A program made the translations under genes and the position numbers. From Octopus vulgaris (lineage: Eukaryota), in NCBI GenBank assembly GCA_951406725.2, contig OX597818.1, positions 136,090,001 through 136,154,000 of the forward strand: a stretch of 64,000 bases of DNA, written 5' to 3'. Positions 1 through 12,684 of this stretch are shown in pieces. Each line of letters starts with the position of its first letter. Position 1 is the stretch's first letter. A model generated the notes under the pieces. The model worked only from the letters and a program-made list of their open reading frames with translations. It searched no databases and had not been told where the DNA came from.

Positions 1-5
1 CTCGT

Positions 6-65
<60 letters not shown>

Positions 66-167
66 TTTATTCTCTCTTTCTCTCTCTCGTTCTTCCTTCC
101 TTTCTTTCTTTCTTTTTATTCTCTCCTTTTCTCTTTCTTTCTTTCTTTCTTTCATTCATTCATCCAT

Positions 168-229
<62 letters not shown>

Positions 230-240
230 TTCCTTCCTTC

Positions 241-281
<41 letters not shown>

Positions 282-332
282 TTCCTTCCTTTCTTTCTTT
301 CTTTCTTTCTTCCTTCCTTCCTTCCTTCCTTC

Positions 333-402
<70 letters not shown>

Positions 403-403
403 C
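1..403. repeat. (CTTT)n/(CCTT)n polypyrimidine microsatellite
   Basis: Tetranucleotide repeats read directly. Confidence 0.97.
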
Positions 404-579
404 TGGGAAGATGTCTCAGTACGTCATGATGGATTTGAAATCTCTTGGTTCCAATATCTATTTTCGCTTCACGGACGAAAAGATAACGTGTATTTTGATC
501 AAAAGATCTGTACTGAAATTGCGTGAGCGAGCATATTTATCTGTCTCTCTGTCTGTCTGTATCTATCTTAATATATATT

Positions 580-656
<77 letters not shown>

Positions 657-772
657 AAGATAATATCTCTTAATCAAAAGTGGTACTAAATTTGTGTATG
701 TATGTATGTATGTATGTATGTATGTATGTAGGTTTGTTTGTTTGTATGTGTGTGTGTGTGTGCTCGTACGCG

Positions 773-1135
773 CGAACTTTAGGTTACTTAGAATATGTTT
801 TTGACATATTTGAACTAAAAGCAACTTCACTGCACTTACCATGGAGAAAAACAATTCTCTTACGGTTTTAAATCTGTCCAGAGTTGCCTCTCTTCGGTAT
901 TTCTTATTGATAACGCCGAAAAAAGCAAGAAGCGTTGCGTCTGGAAATCCGACAGGGGATAAAAATGGGCAGATATGGAGATTTCCCACCTTTTACCATA
1001 TGGTGTAAAAATTCTTTTATGGAGAGAATTTTTTTCTCCACCGTAACTGCAGTGAATTTGCTTTTAGAGGTTCAAGTATATCACAAACATATTTCAACTA
1101 ACCTAGAGTTTACTTATACCTAAACAATGCTTAGC
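773..1135. mobile_element. Old element with long imperfect terminal inverted repeats (same family as 30465-31284)
   Basis: About 775-860 is the reverse complement of about 1022-1110; arms and interior (agagttgcctct...) match 30467-30690. Confidence 0.65.
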
Positions 1136-1160
1136 GTTGACATTGTTGAATACATACATA

Positions 1161-1244
<84 letters not shown>

Positions 1245-1280
1245 TACATGCATATATACATACATACACATACATGCATA

Positions 1281-1664
1281 GTGGAGGCGCAATGGCCCAG
1301 TGGTTAGGGCAGCGGACTCGCGGTCGGAGGATCGCAGTTTCGATTCCCAGACCGGGCGTTGTGTATGTTTATTGGGCGAAAACACCTAAAAAGCTCCACG
1401 AGGCTCCGGCAGGGATGGTGGTGATCCCTGCTGTACTCTTTCACCACAACTTTCTCTCACTCTTACTTGTTTCTGTTGTACCTGTATTTCAAAGGGCCGG
1501 CCTTGTCACTCTCTGTGTCACGCTGAATATCCCCGAGAACTACGTTAAGGGTACACGTGTCTGTGGAGTGCTCAGCCACTTACACGTTAATTTCACGAGC
1601 AGGATGTGCCGTTGATCGGATCAACCGGACCCTCGTCGTCGTAACCGACGAAGTGCTTCCATCC
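1281..1664 (+). mobile_element. tRNA-derived SINE family A (about 385 bp)
   Basis: Pol III A-box-like tggcccagtggtta, B-box-like gtttcgattcc, 3' end gtgcttcc(atcc); more than 10 near-identical copies in window. Confidence 0.92.
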
Positions 1665-1719
1665 ATTCACATACATGCACGCAGACATACATGCATGCAG
1701 ACATACATGCATACATACA

Positions 1720-2277
1720 TGGTGGCTGCCCCCTCGTTATCGAGTATGGCCATTGCACAAAGCTTAATCAATGTTGTTATCGTGCAATGCCTGTACAAGA
1801 AGATTTTTTTTAAAGTGAGGAAAGGCTGTGCACTGAGTCAATCCCACTCACTAAGCAACAGCAGCCATAATCCAAAAAGAAGAACAAGTCAACATCATCG
1901 GTAACCACTGAGCCGCAGGTTTTATGTCAGAGTTATCCCAGTTACCTGAGTTACCTTCCCCTAGAAGGATGCCCTAACAAAGGCTAGGAGTCCTTCACTC
2001 CCAATGGTATAACCGTACGATCAGGTATTCAGTCCGATTATTTCTATGTCCCCGCGCATGATACATCCTTAAGACATTTATTGGATGGCCGTTGACTCCC
2101 AAGAGTTCCTCCGCCCTTTGACGGGTTTTGTTTTTCATCCCGCAGGGTGTCCAATAAACACTCTCCTCACCATGCAAGCTTGGTGGGGTTGCCGGTTTAG
2201 TCGCCGACGACTCGACCATGAAACAGGTTGTACTGGGTTACATGTTACCAGTAGCACTCGAAAGTGACCTGACATGG
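1720..2277 (-). mobile_element. Putative non-autonomous non-LTR (RTE-like) element in an (ATAC)n tract
   Basis: GC-richer 560-bp block between (atac)n tracts; resembles RTE UTR sequence; no coding motif found. Confidence 0.35.
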
Positions 2278-2605
2278 CATACATACATACATACATGCAA
2301 ACATGCATACATACATATATATACATACAAACACATACATACAAAAAACATACAGACAGACAAACATACATATACATATGAACACCCATACATACATACA
2401 TACATACATACATACATACATACATACATACATACATACATACATACATACGTACATACATACATAAATATATACATACATACATACACACACATACATA
2501 CATACATACATACATACTTACATACATACATAAATATATACATAAATACATACATACATACATACATACATACATACATACATACATACATACATACATA
2601 CATAC
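2278..2605. repeat. (TACA)n microsatellite
   Basis: Direct; source of the MYVC/HTYI pseudo-ORFs. Confidence 0.97.
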
Positions 2606-2832
2606 AGGTGCATACGCAAGAATGTATGATTTTATTCATGATTGAATTACGTAATGCATAAATAGCCATTATGTCAGCTCTTCAGATGCAATGCAGAGGT
2701 TCCTAGAATGCAAAAAACATGATAGATAACATGGTGTAATTTAGCTTTCAGTATATTGTGAAAAGCCAATAAATTGACTTTCCAGAAGGCGCTAAAAGAG
2801 AAGCAAAACAGAAACGCTCTCTTTATGACATA

Positions 2833-3236
2833 CTAGCAGTATCGCCCGGCGTTGCTCGGGTTTGTAAGGGAAATAACTATATAAGCATTTTTAGAGAGTT
2901 ACTTCCCTTATATAATAGCGAAAAAATGCAGTAAAATGGAAAACAATGATGGTAAATTTTTTTTAAATCGTTGACTCATCGTAGACATTTTTAGAGAGTT
3001 ACTTCCCTTATATAATAGAGAAAAAATGCATTAAAATGGAAAAATGATGGTAATTTTTTAAAAATAATTAAAAATCGTAGACTCATCGTAGACGCGCGCT
3101 AATACCCAGAAGGGCTCGATATGAATCACGACTATAAGATACCCGGTTTTGGTTAAACTGCACCGCAAAATGTGGGAGTAGTTAGGAATCTAAATCGTAG
3201 GAGACAGACACACAACTTGACTTTTATATATAAAGA
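2833..3236 (-). mobile_element. Non-autonomous Helitron, family C
   Basis: Minus strand: A|TC start, subterminal hairpin cccgagcaacgccggg, CTAG|T end, no TSD; 4 near-identical copies. Confidence 0.88.
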
Positions 3237-3420
3237 TTTCCGACCAAATTAAACTGATGAGGTTGCTGAAATATCTTACCTGTAAGTATGTCTTTGACAA
3301 ATGGAACAACGATATGGGAACAAAAAAATACTTGAAGGATGTATAATTCCCAAAATGTTTGTAATACATCTTAATGAAAAAGGAAGGATTCCAATTCAAA
3401 GTATTATTACTGTATGTTAA

Positions 3421-4062
3421 AAGGCAGCAAGCAAACAGAATCGTTTGCACGCCGGACAAAATGCTTAGCAGTATTTCGTCAGTCTTCACATTATATGATC
3501 AAATTCTGCTGAGGTCGAATTCGCCTTTCATCCTTTCAGAGTCGATAAAATAAGTACCTATTTCTTTATTACCCACAAGGGGCTAAACACAGAGCGGACA
3601 AACAAGGACAGACATAGGTATTAAGTCGTTTACATCGACCCCAGTGCGTAACTGGTACTTAATTTATCGACCCCGAAAGGATGAAAGGCAAAGTCGACCT
3701 CGGCGGAATTTGAACTTTCAACGTAACGCAGACGAAATACCTATTTCTTTATTACCCACAAGGGGCTAAACACAGAGAGGACAAACAAGGACAGACATAG
3801 GTATTAAGTCGTTTACATCGACCCCTGTGCGTAACTGGTACTTAATTTATTGACCCCGAAAGGATGAAAGACAAAGTCGACCTCGGCGGAATTTGAACTC
3901 ACAACGTAACGCAGACGAAATACCGCTAAGCATTTCGCCCGGCGTGCTAACGTTTCTGCCAGCTCGCCGCCTTAAAATAAGTACCAGTTGAGCACTAGGG
4001 GTCGATATAATCGACTACCCATGTTCCTCAAAATTATTGGCCTCGTGCCTATTATTGAGAGG
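3421..4062 (+). mobile_element. Old SINE family B interrupted by a younger SINE B
   Basis: Head aaggcagcaagcaaacagaatcg; flanking direct repeat attattactgtatgt at about 3403 and about 4063. Confidence 0.8.
3559..3972 (-). mobile_element. Young SINE family B with internal ~181-bp tandem duplication
   Basis: 13-bp TSD taaaataagtacc (3546-3558, 3973-3985); body repeated at about 3559-3740 and 3741-3922. Confidence 0.88.
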
Positions 4063-4176
4063 ATTATTACTGTATGTAAAAAGCGTTACAAACTATGAAG
4101 ACACTTCCACTTATCTCGGTATCGCTCATAACAATTTTAAAGCAGCAGCTGAAAATAGATATTTGCAAAATAAGGA

Positions 4177-4560
4177 GGAAGCACTCCGTCGGTTACGACG
4201 ACGAGGGTTCCGGTTGATCCGAACAACGGAACAGCCTGCTCGTGAAATTAACGTGTATGTGGCTGAGCACTCCACAGATACGTGTACCCTTAACGTAGTT
4301 CTCGGGGATATTCAGCGTGACACAGAGAGTGACAAGGCCGGCCCTTTGAAATACAGGTACAACAGAAACAGGAAGTAAGAGTGAGAGAAAGTTGCGGTGA
4401 AAGAGTACAGCAGGGATCACCACCATCCCCTGCCGGAGCCTCGTGGAGCTTTTAGGTGTTTTCGCTCAATAAACACTCACAACGCCCGGTCTGGAAATCG
4501 AAACCGCGATCCTACGACCGCGAGTCCGCTGCCCTAACCACTGGGCCATTGTGCCTCCAC
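4177..4560 (-). mobile_element. SINE family A
   Basis: Full length; 12-bp TSD tttgcaaaataa (4162-4173, 4561-4572). Confidence 0.93.
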
Positions 4561-5028
4561 TTTGCAAAATAAATACTGGGAAATAAGTGCGATGTACATC
4601 AGAAGTAGTAAAACTTGGGATATTTCTCTAACTGAGAGATCTGTTAGCCATTATAGGTGTCAAAAATATATCGAGTGATCCTGTCTCTTCTAGCAATTTG
4701 AGCAGCATTTTATTCTGGAATTCATAAAAGAGTGGTAAAAAGAACCCCCAAACAGCGCACAGCATGATAGTCATCAAACGCCTATTGTTCACGGTCTATT
4801 CTGACACGACTTAGGATTACCGAGATGTACACTAATTTGTAATGATGACAGAATAATGAATTTCATGTGGAGAATTGTGTTGATGTTGGCTTTAAAATAC
4901 ATTAATTGATCTGTAACGTCGCGCATCAGTGACATAGAAAATTTGTATTATGAGATTGCAGAGTATTAGCTCTCGTTTCATGATGGTCCCGGAGGTTCAG
5001 GTAAAAACATACCTGTACAACATATAGC

Positions 5029-5413
5029 GGAAGCACTCCGTCGGTTACGACGATGAGGGTTCCGGTTGATCCGAATCAACGGAACAGCCTGCTCGTGAAA
5101 TTAACGTGTAAGTGGCTGAGCACTCCACAGACACGTGTACCCTTAACGTAGTTCTCGGGGATATTCAGCGTGACACAGAGAGTGACAAGGCCGGTCCCTT
5201 GAAATACAGGTACAACAGAAACAGGAAGTAAGAGTAAGAGAAAGTTGTGGTGAAAGAGTACAGCAGGGATCACCACCATCCCCTGCCGGAGCCTCGTGGA
5301 GCTTTTAGGTGTTTTCGCTCAATAAACACTCACAACGCCCGGTCTGGGAATCGAAACCGCGATCGTATGACCGCGAGTCCGCTGCCCTAACCACTGGGCC
5401 ATTGCACCTCCAC
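5029..5413 (-). mobile_element. SINE family A
   Basis: Full length; TSD (ac)aacatatag. Confidence 0.93.
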
Positions 5414-6795
5414 AACATATAGTATATTAGTTGGTACGCGACAAGAATGTTTTCCCTTGCATTTGGTATTACTGTTTATTCGCTAAAGGGCAACGTGATA
5501 AGTTGCGTAAGGTTTCGTCTTCCTGTACCCATCCTAGAATATTTTCAACGAATAAAAAAAATGCTACTCTGATGTTACTGTCTGAAGCGGCAGTGTTGTC
5601 TGTGGACGCTCCACATATGATGAACATTCCATCGAAAACAATAATGGAGGAAAATAATCCATTAGGAATAAACTTTCTTATTGTGGACTGAAACTTTTAT
5701 CGAACAGTGTGCATGGTACCAAGAACTTCCAACACAGACATAATAGATAATTACATCAAACAATTACCATTTGAGAATATTGAAGATTATCAGACTCTTC
5801 ACCAACATGATATCTCACAGTAACGCAGCATTCAGTGGTTGCCACGGGTATCAACTTAACTGTGTTTGCTCGCCGTGAGTTATTCCGAAGATGGGAGACC
5901 GACTGGTTGATGCTTTGTCCTTGATTTGTTTGGCGAGAGCCGAGTTATGTTCTTTTCGAATTTCATCAGAACTCTGATTGATTTTTAGCGCTAAACTGCT
6001 TAACCAGAGAAAAGAACACAGATCTCAAGGACGTTTGAGATGGTGTTCTATCTGGTGGCATGATCTCCGGCATACTGACAGACCAATAAATAGTGTGTTC
6101 AGGTGAAAATCGCATGCCCCAAATGTAGCTCACTCACAATAGTGAACTGATAATTAAGCGAAAGGGTTTCGAATCCCTACAGATGTATGGAAACTAAGTA
6201 AGGATGACGATTTAGTATAAGCACTGAAACACCATTAACAAATGACTGAATCTAATGGTTTTTGCTTTACGATAGTGGAATAAAACATGTTTTCTCTCAT
6301 AAGTATAATATCGTTATATAAATTGTGTTTGTCAAATGTGAAAACTAATGTTTGTTTAATTACTTCATTATTTAGGATATTTAAATGAAGTAATATTTTC
6401 CTGTGATTTTTTTATTCTAGCAAAAGCTGTGACTCTTTCTGCGACATTTTTTTTTTTACATTCCGTGACTTTATTTAACTTCTCAGTTGTAGATTCTAAC
6501 CAAAATCCATTTACGGGTTTAATTTCATATTTACCAAGATCCATAAATAGGTTTACCATACACTTCAGATTAACTGAGACGATCTCAATTTTCATCCTTT
6601 GTCTTGACATACCAGGCTGCTCGACTTATCTCGGGAGAGTTCGAAACAACGACGAAATTTTAAAAATTTCATGCGAATTTGAGAGATTATATTTCATCAT
6701 TTTGGGACTTAAGTACTTAATCATACATCATAAATCGGTGACTAGAGTATATGTTACTATGTTATGGCCACAAGGCACCAACAGTAGGGTAGCTG

Positions 6796-6855
<60 letters not shown>

Positions 6856-7148
6856 GAGAGAGAGAGAGATAATAAGAACAAGGAAAAGAAACAGAGCTGA
6901 TACTAAGACAAAGAAAGTAAGACAGGGATAGGTCAAGACAAGTTACAATAGTAATGCAGTTAAAAAATAAAGGGTCCGAGTTTCCTTTGGAATAAACGGC
7001 ACAAAATCAACAGAACAACAACTGTAGGGAACAAACCTAACATCTTAATTTTAGGATGTCAACGATAATGGTTATTTTTAATACGCGCCTGGAAAATATC
7101 TTCTCTGCTACCTTCACATAATGAAAATTATGATATTCTTTGAGGAAT

Positions 7149-7533
7149 GTGGAGGCGCAATGGCCCAGTGGTTAGGGCAGCGGACTCGCGGTCATAGGAT
7201 CGCGGTTTCGATTCCCAGACCGGGCGTTGTGAGTGTTTATTGAGCGAAAACACCTAAAAGCTCCACGAGGCTCCGGCAGGGGATGGTGGTGATCCCTGCT
7301 GTACTCTTTCACCACAACTTTCTCTCACTCTTACTTCCTGTTTCTGTTGTACCTGTATTTCAAATGGCCGACCTTGTCACTCTTTGTGTCACGCTGAATA
7401 TCCCCGAGAACTACGTCAAGGGTGCACGTGTCTGTGGAGTGCTCAGCCACTTACATGTTAATTTCACGAGCAGGCTGTTCCGTTGATTCGGATCAACCGG
7501 AACCCTCATCGTCGTAACTGACGGAGTGCTTCC
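7149..7533 (+). mobile_element. SINE family A, no TSD, at the edge of an inverted duplication
   Basis: Full length; 3' flank equals the reverse complement of the flank of the 4177-4560 copy. Confidence 0.92.
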
Positions 7534-7973
7534 TCCTTATTTTGCAAATATCTATTTTCAGCTGCTGCTTTAAAATTGTTATGAGCGATACCGAGATAAG
7601 TGGAAGTGTCTTCATAGTTTGTGACACTTTTTACATACAGTAATTGTATTGGCATCCTTTCTGTCTCGGGAGACAATGGAGTTGCGCATGAAGTTGTCTA
7701 GTCGTAATAATCCTCTCAATAATAGGCACGAGGCCAGTAATTTTGAGGAACAAGGGTAGTCGATTATATCGACCCCAGTGCTCAACTGGTACTTATTTTA
7801 TCCACTCTGAAAGGATGAAAGGCGAATTCGACCTCAGCAGAATTTGATCTCATAATGTGAAGACGGACGAAATACTGCTAAGCATTTTGTCCGGCGTGCA
7901 AACGATTCTGTTTGCTTGCTGCCTTTTAACATACAGTAATAATACTTTGAATTGGAATCCTTCCTTTTTCATT
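7534..7973 (-). repeat. Inverted duplicate of about 3373-4176 (contains old SINE B, lacks the nested SINE)
   Basis: The near-identical MKTDEILLSILSGVQ... ORFs at 3190-3489(-) and 7857-8192(+) reflect it; nucleotide match seen directly. Confidence 0.9.
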
Positions 7974-8300
7974 CCGTCAGAGCGACTGAATAACAGGAGT
8001 GCCTTGCGACACTGTACGCCATGTACCCAACTTAAATCTTCGATAGCACCAGGCTTCCCGTCCACCGAAACTAGTGAACTTGGGAAACATCCGTTTTGCC
8101 AGTGGAGACAACAACCGTTCACCATCCAGGAGGAGCCAAAGATGCCTCAACCTCAGCGCATGTTTGCGTATCATCAGCCAAAACATCGCTAGTCCCCCCA
8201 TTAACGGTTTTTGGCAGCAGATAGAAGTCTCACAAGTGGTTTCGAGCCCTTCCACAAAAGCGAAAGAGCTGCCTTTCCAACTTGGTCAACCACGAAAGTG
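7974..8300 (-). pseudogene. L1/Tx1-clade ORF2 fragment (region after the RT domain)
   Basis: Frameshifted translation WLTKLERQLFRF/LWKGSKPLVR/SICCQKPLMGGLAMFWLMIRKHALRLRHLW, the F-x-W...GGL pattern of L1-clade ORF2. Confidence 0.7.
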
Positions 8301-8319
8301 TGTAGCTCTGTCTGTATTA

Positions 8320-9370
8320 ACATGTTGAATGTCTAGCCTTGCTAGTTTTGTTTTTCCGTGACAGAAGCTTGGAGGAGTGTGATCTGCTCCAAGTCTACTG
8401 TCACAGCCGCCACCAGCCAGGCTGCATTCACTTCTGGTGGAATTTTAGCTATTCTCACTTTGGAGGTTCTCCCCACCCCCATATACATTGGGAGGAGAAT
8501 TACCTCGTCTGTTTTTAATGTTTCTATTGAATGGATTTGAGCCTTTTCTTCACTCACCATTCGAACTTCCGCTGTGCCAAATCTTTTGCCTCTCGTGATG
8601 TATTCTACAACCTTCCATATGTTCTTCAAAAATTTCTCTATTGTTTCTTCCTGCACTTTTTCTTTTGTCTTTGTCCTAATATTAAACGTTTTATATATAA
8701 TTATTTTCCTTTTTTCGACTTCTATTATTTCCTTTGGTGGAATTATTTCCACTTTCGTATCATCTTTTTAAGACGTATTTTTATACTTTAAAAGCTCACT
8801 TTTCTCAGTTGAGATTTTCCTTGTTTTTCCTCCGGTTGCCATGGCGAAACTTTTCTCTTCAGTCGAAACCACACTTGGCTCTCCACTTTTTACACTTGAG
8901 ACATCAATATTCCTTTTTACACATTTTTTTCTTTTTAAGTAGTTTTGTCTTCATTTTTTCTTGGCGATACAACCGGAGATAAGACCAGTGAGACCGGTGA
9001 GATCGGCGAAAGACATGGGAATTCTTTTTCGTAATCCATAACGAAAATTGGCAAACACACCAACTACACAAAATTTTGTTCACAGGCTTTTGTTCGCCGC
9101 ACAAAAATTTTTTTTTTTTCTTTACACAGTTCGAGTAATTCCCCCCTCCCCGCGGAGGAATTAGTAACAAAATGCTTAAAACAAGGCAAACAATAATTCA
9201 ACAGTTCTAACAATGCAATAACTATAAATTCAACAATTCTTCAACAATCTTACCTTATTAAACAGAGCCGAATATATCAAAAAGAAGCCAAACATAAAAA
9301 AAACACATTCTTTTTGTCTTAGTAAAGTAGGAGTGTGCAAAGCTTTATAATTTGCAAATGTGAATGAAAA
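8320..9370 (-). mobile_element. Retroelement unit 1: 5' UTR plus decayed L1/Tx1-type ORF1
   Basis: ORF 8342-8752 homologous to ORF 10314-10691; start context gagaaaagtttcgccATGg (ATG at 8840-8842). Confidence 0.7.
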
Positions 9371-11050
9371 TACTTTGCTTCTTTATTGCCCACAAAGGGC
9401 CAATGAAGAGGGGACAATACAAAGACATGTGGGAACATAGAACAAACGAAACAAAGTAAAAAAAATCAAAAACGTATGTTACAAGATGAATGATAAATGA
9501 AAATGAAAAAAATGTAATGAAGCTATTCGGCGGCCCCACCTAAACCTCGTTCATTCTAAAATAGCTATCTTGTACTCCCTCATGAGTTCCATGTATTCCT
9601 TACAATCGGGCTTCCCTTCTTTATCTATATTCACTTTCCAAATGGTGATTCCATGCTTATACCTTTCTATATCTGCTTTCCGCTCCTCCGAAATAAACAT
9701 GCATAAATACTCCCTCTTCACATTAACCCTCGTCCATTTTAATAAATACTGTGTCCTTCCAATACCATGATTCTGTGACCAGTTCCCGGTTTGAGTCATC
9801 TATCATGCACACATAGCAACTCTTTCCTTTGGGTGGGGAGGGGGGAAAGTTTGGCGGCTTGTGTGTGATGTATCTTCTCTTTTTTTTTGTTTCTGTGTCG
9901 GAAGGGAGTAGGTAGGCTTGGTGTCTGTGGGGCGAGGGTGGGGCTGAGAAGGTATGGGTGTGGGTTGGGGTTTCAAGTTCGTATCAATTACCTTCTTTCC
10001 CCTTCCACTTTCTATCTTTCACGTTTCTTCCTTGGGTAATATTCCTTCCACTTTTTCGGTCATCTCCACTGGTTCTTCAGCTTTCTCTGTTTGTTCCTCC
10101 GTTGTTCTCTTGGGCGGGGAAGGACAGTCCAGTCTAATGTGGCCTTTTTTGGCCACATTTATAATATCGAGGAATTCTATCCTCCACCTTGACTCTCATT
10201 TCCACTTCATCTAACATGACTATTTCTGTAATTTTTTCCACAGTTTCTATCGGTGCTTGTATCGTCATTTCTAGCGTTTTTCCCTTTCACATTTCACAGT
10301 GTGTACCTGTGACCTAGAGCACCTTTATATCGTCCTCGTCTCCTTTGAGGACTGCAGCTGCTATCCAGGCCACATCTATTTCCGGTGGTATTCCTTCAAC
10401 ACTGACCTTTGTTGCACGTCTACCCATGTAGGTGAGTAACAGCACCACTTCCTCGTCTTTTACGGTTTTTGCTGCGTGTCTTATTGCATTGTCTTCCTTT
10501 CTAAATCTTACTTCTACCGTTCCAAATCTTGCTCCTCTTTTGACATATACGATGTCTTGCCACAAGGACCTCAGCATATTTTCCACTTGACTTGTGGTCA
10601 CAATGTCAATTTTTCCTGCCTTTGTTGAGAAAATCGTGTAAATAATTGTTCTTGTTCTGATATCTTTTAATATTTCCTTCGGAGGGAACAATTCTACGTT
10701 GAACTCTTTTTGAACTTTTCCATTTTCTTTAAATCTATTTCTTCCTCTTGTCTTTTTGCAACATCTGCAAATCTTTTCTTTTCCTCAATTTTTCGTCCAT
10801 CTCTCCTCTAGCTCTTAACAGTTCGTCTTCAGAAGTCGACAACTCAGACCCACTAAGTCTGAATAACACCTTTTCATCTTAACCATGGCTAACTTTTCTC
10901 ATAAGAAGAGAGAAAGCATAAACAAATTGCCACAAGGCAGCACAATTCAATAAACAGAGTGTTTAAAAACACTTACATAAAAATCAAACATAAAAATTTA
11001 ACCCGTCTTAACAGCAGAAAAACGACTCACCAACCAAAAGTGAATGAAAA
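9371..11050 (-). mobile_element. Retroelement unit 2 (about 1.7 kb): decayed ORF1 with CCHC knuckle, no RT
   Basis: ATG context gagaaaagttagccATGg (10884-10886); RRM-like ORF 10314-10691; YYKCGQK/GHIRLDCP at about 10120-10170; AATAAA-bearing 3' end at 9382-9387. Confidence 0.72.
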
Positions 11051-12190
11051 CACCTGATTCTTTAATACCCACGAGGGGCATAGATAGACAGGACAACACA
11101 AGACATGTGGGGACATATAACAATTAAAATTAGTATTATGAGAAATATGGACGATAGATGATAATGATATAAGAAAAATATGCCATCTATCCCACCCCAG
11201 CAGTATCATTTACATCCTTTTCGTATCCAGTCAAAGTTGATCCCATATTGTTCCTCTGATTTCTCATTTTCTATCTCGTCCGGTACGTCCTTTATATCAT
11301 ACACCACCTCTCTCTATATCTCACTCCCTCTTTACACTCTCTGATCATTTTCATTCTACATTCCGGCATCAATGCGCCTAAGACCATATTTTCTTTTTTA
11401 TTTCCCTTCATGTTTATAACTTTCACGTGGAGGCGCAATGGCCCAGTGGTTAGGGCAGCGAACTCGTGGTCGGAGGATCGCGGTTTCGATTCCCAGACCG
11501 GGCATTGTGAGTGTTTGTTGAGCGAAAACACCTAAAGCTCCACGAGGCTCCGGCAGGGGGTGGTGGTGAACCCTGCTGTACTCTTTCACCACAACTTTTT
11601 CCCACTCTTACTTCCTGTTTCTGTTGTACCTGTATTTCAAAGGGCCAGCCTTGTCACATTCTGTGTGTCACGCTGAATCTCCTCGAGAATTACGTTAAGG
11701 GTACACGTGTCTGTGGAGTGCTCAGCCATTTGCACGTTAATATCGCGAGCAAGCTGTTCCGTTGATCGTATAAGCTGGGACCCTCATCGTCGCAACTGAC
11801 GGAGTGCTCCTATCCTATCTATAACTTTCACATCCTTCCATTGCAACAACTTATTTTTCACTTCCATTTTTACACCCTTAAATACAGCACAAGCATAACG
11901 AGTGGGAGGGGCGTTTTGTGTTTTTTTTTTGTATGATTGCTGCTCTTTTTTTCTTTTTTGTATCGGTGGGGAATGGGTGGCTTCGGTGTCTGCAGGGGGA
12001 GGGCGGGGCTGAGAAGGTATGGGTACTGGTTGGTGGGGTCACTTAAACTGTCCTTTTTCCTCTTCCTCTGTTTTCTTCCAGTAATTTGCCATCCATCTTC
12101 CTCATTTGTTCCTTCCATCCTTTCTGGTTCATTCTCTTTCTCTTGGGTTTGCTTATTTTTCAGAGGGCAGTCCACTCTAATGCGGCCCTT
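11051..12190 (-). mobile_element. Retroelement unit 3 (5'-truncated at the zinc knuckle; SINE A inserted)
   Basis: KGRIRVDCP and PYLLSP..QTPKPP homologous to unit 2 (9830-10150 vs 11900-12190); homologous 3' end with ATTAAA at 11061-11066. Confidence 0.7.
11427..11819 (+). mobile_element. SINE family A (more diverged copy)
   Basis: 12-bp TSD tataactttcac (11415-11426, 11820-11831). Confidence 0.92.
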
Positions 12191-12378
12191 ATATATATAT
12201 ATAAGTGAAGGCGTACAGTTGAGGGATTGAGAGAACAAACATTAGAGGTTGTTATCCGATTGAGAAAATATTTAATGAACGATTTTGTAAAATAATCATA
12301 TTTTCCTCTAAATGAATGATAGTACATTTATTATGGTTTGTTGTAAAGTGGTAAGCTATAAATGTATAATGTAAATAT

Positions 12379-12684
12379 CACCGTGATCACCGTGACCGAC
12401 CAGGCTATCAGATGTTGCTACACATCGCTGGTCACACTTCGCACTGTTTTAGCCTTCAAATGACGCTACCCCGCTGGCTAAGCGAGCAGGCCAACAGAAG
12501 AAAGAGTGAGAGAAAGTTGTGGTGAAAGAGTACAGCAGGGATCGTCACCATCCCCTGCCGGAGCCTCGTGGAGGTTTAGGTGTTTTCGCTCAATAAACAC
12601 TCACAACGCCCGGTCTGGGAATCGAAACCGCGATCCTACGACCGCGTGTCCGCTGCCCTAACCACTAGGCCATTGCGCCTCCAC
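12379..12684 (-). mobile_element. SINE A2: family-A head with an alternative 3' half
   Basis: 13-bp TSD ataatgtaaatat (12366-12378, 12685-12697); tail ggtcacggtgatcacggtg. Confidence 0.88.

Noticed and set aside
1281-1355. tRNA gene-like A/B boxes (also at about 43490-43560)
   Set aside because: SINE heads; no complete cloverleaf or terminator.
5430-5850. Possible decayed transposase on the minus strand
   Set aside because: No unambiguous catalytic motif or TIRs could be read.
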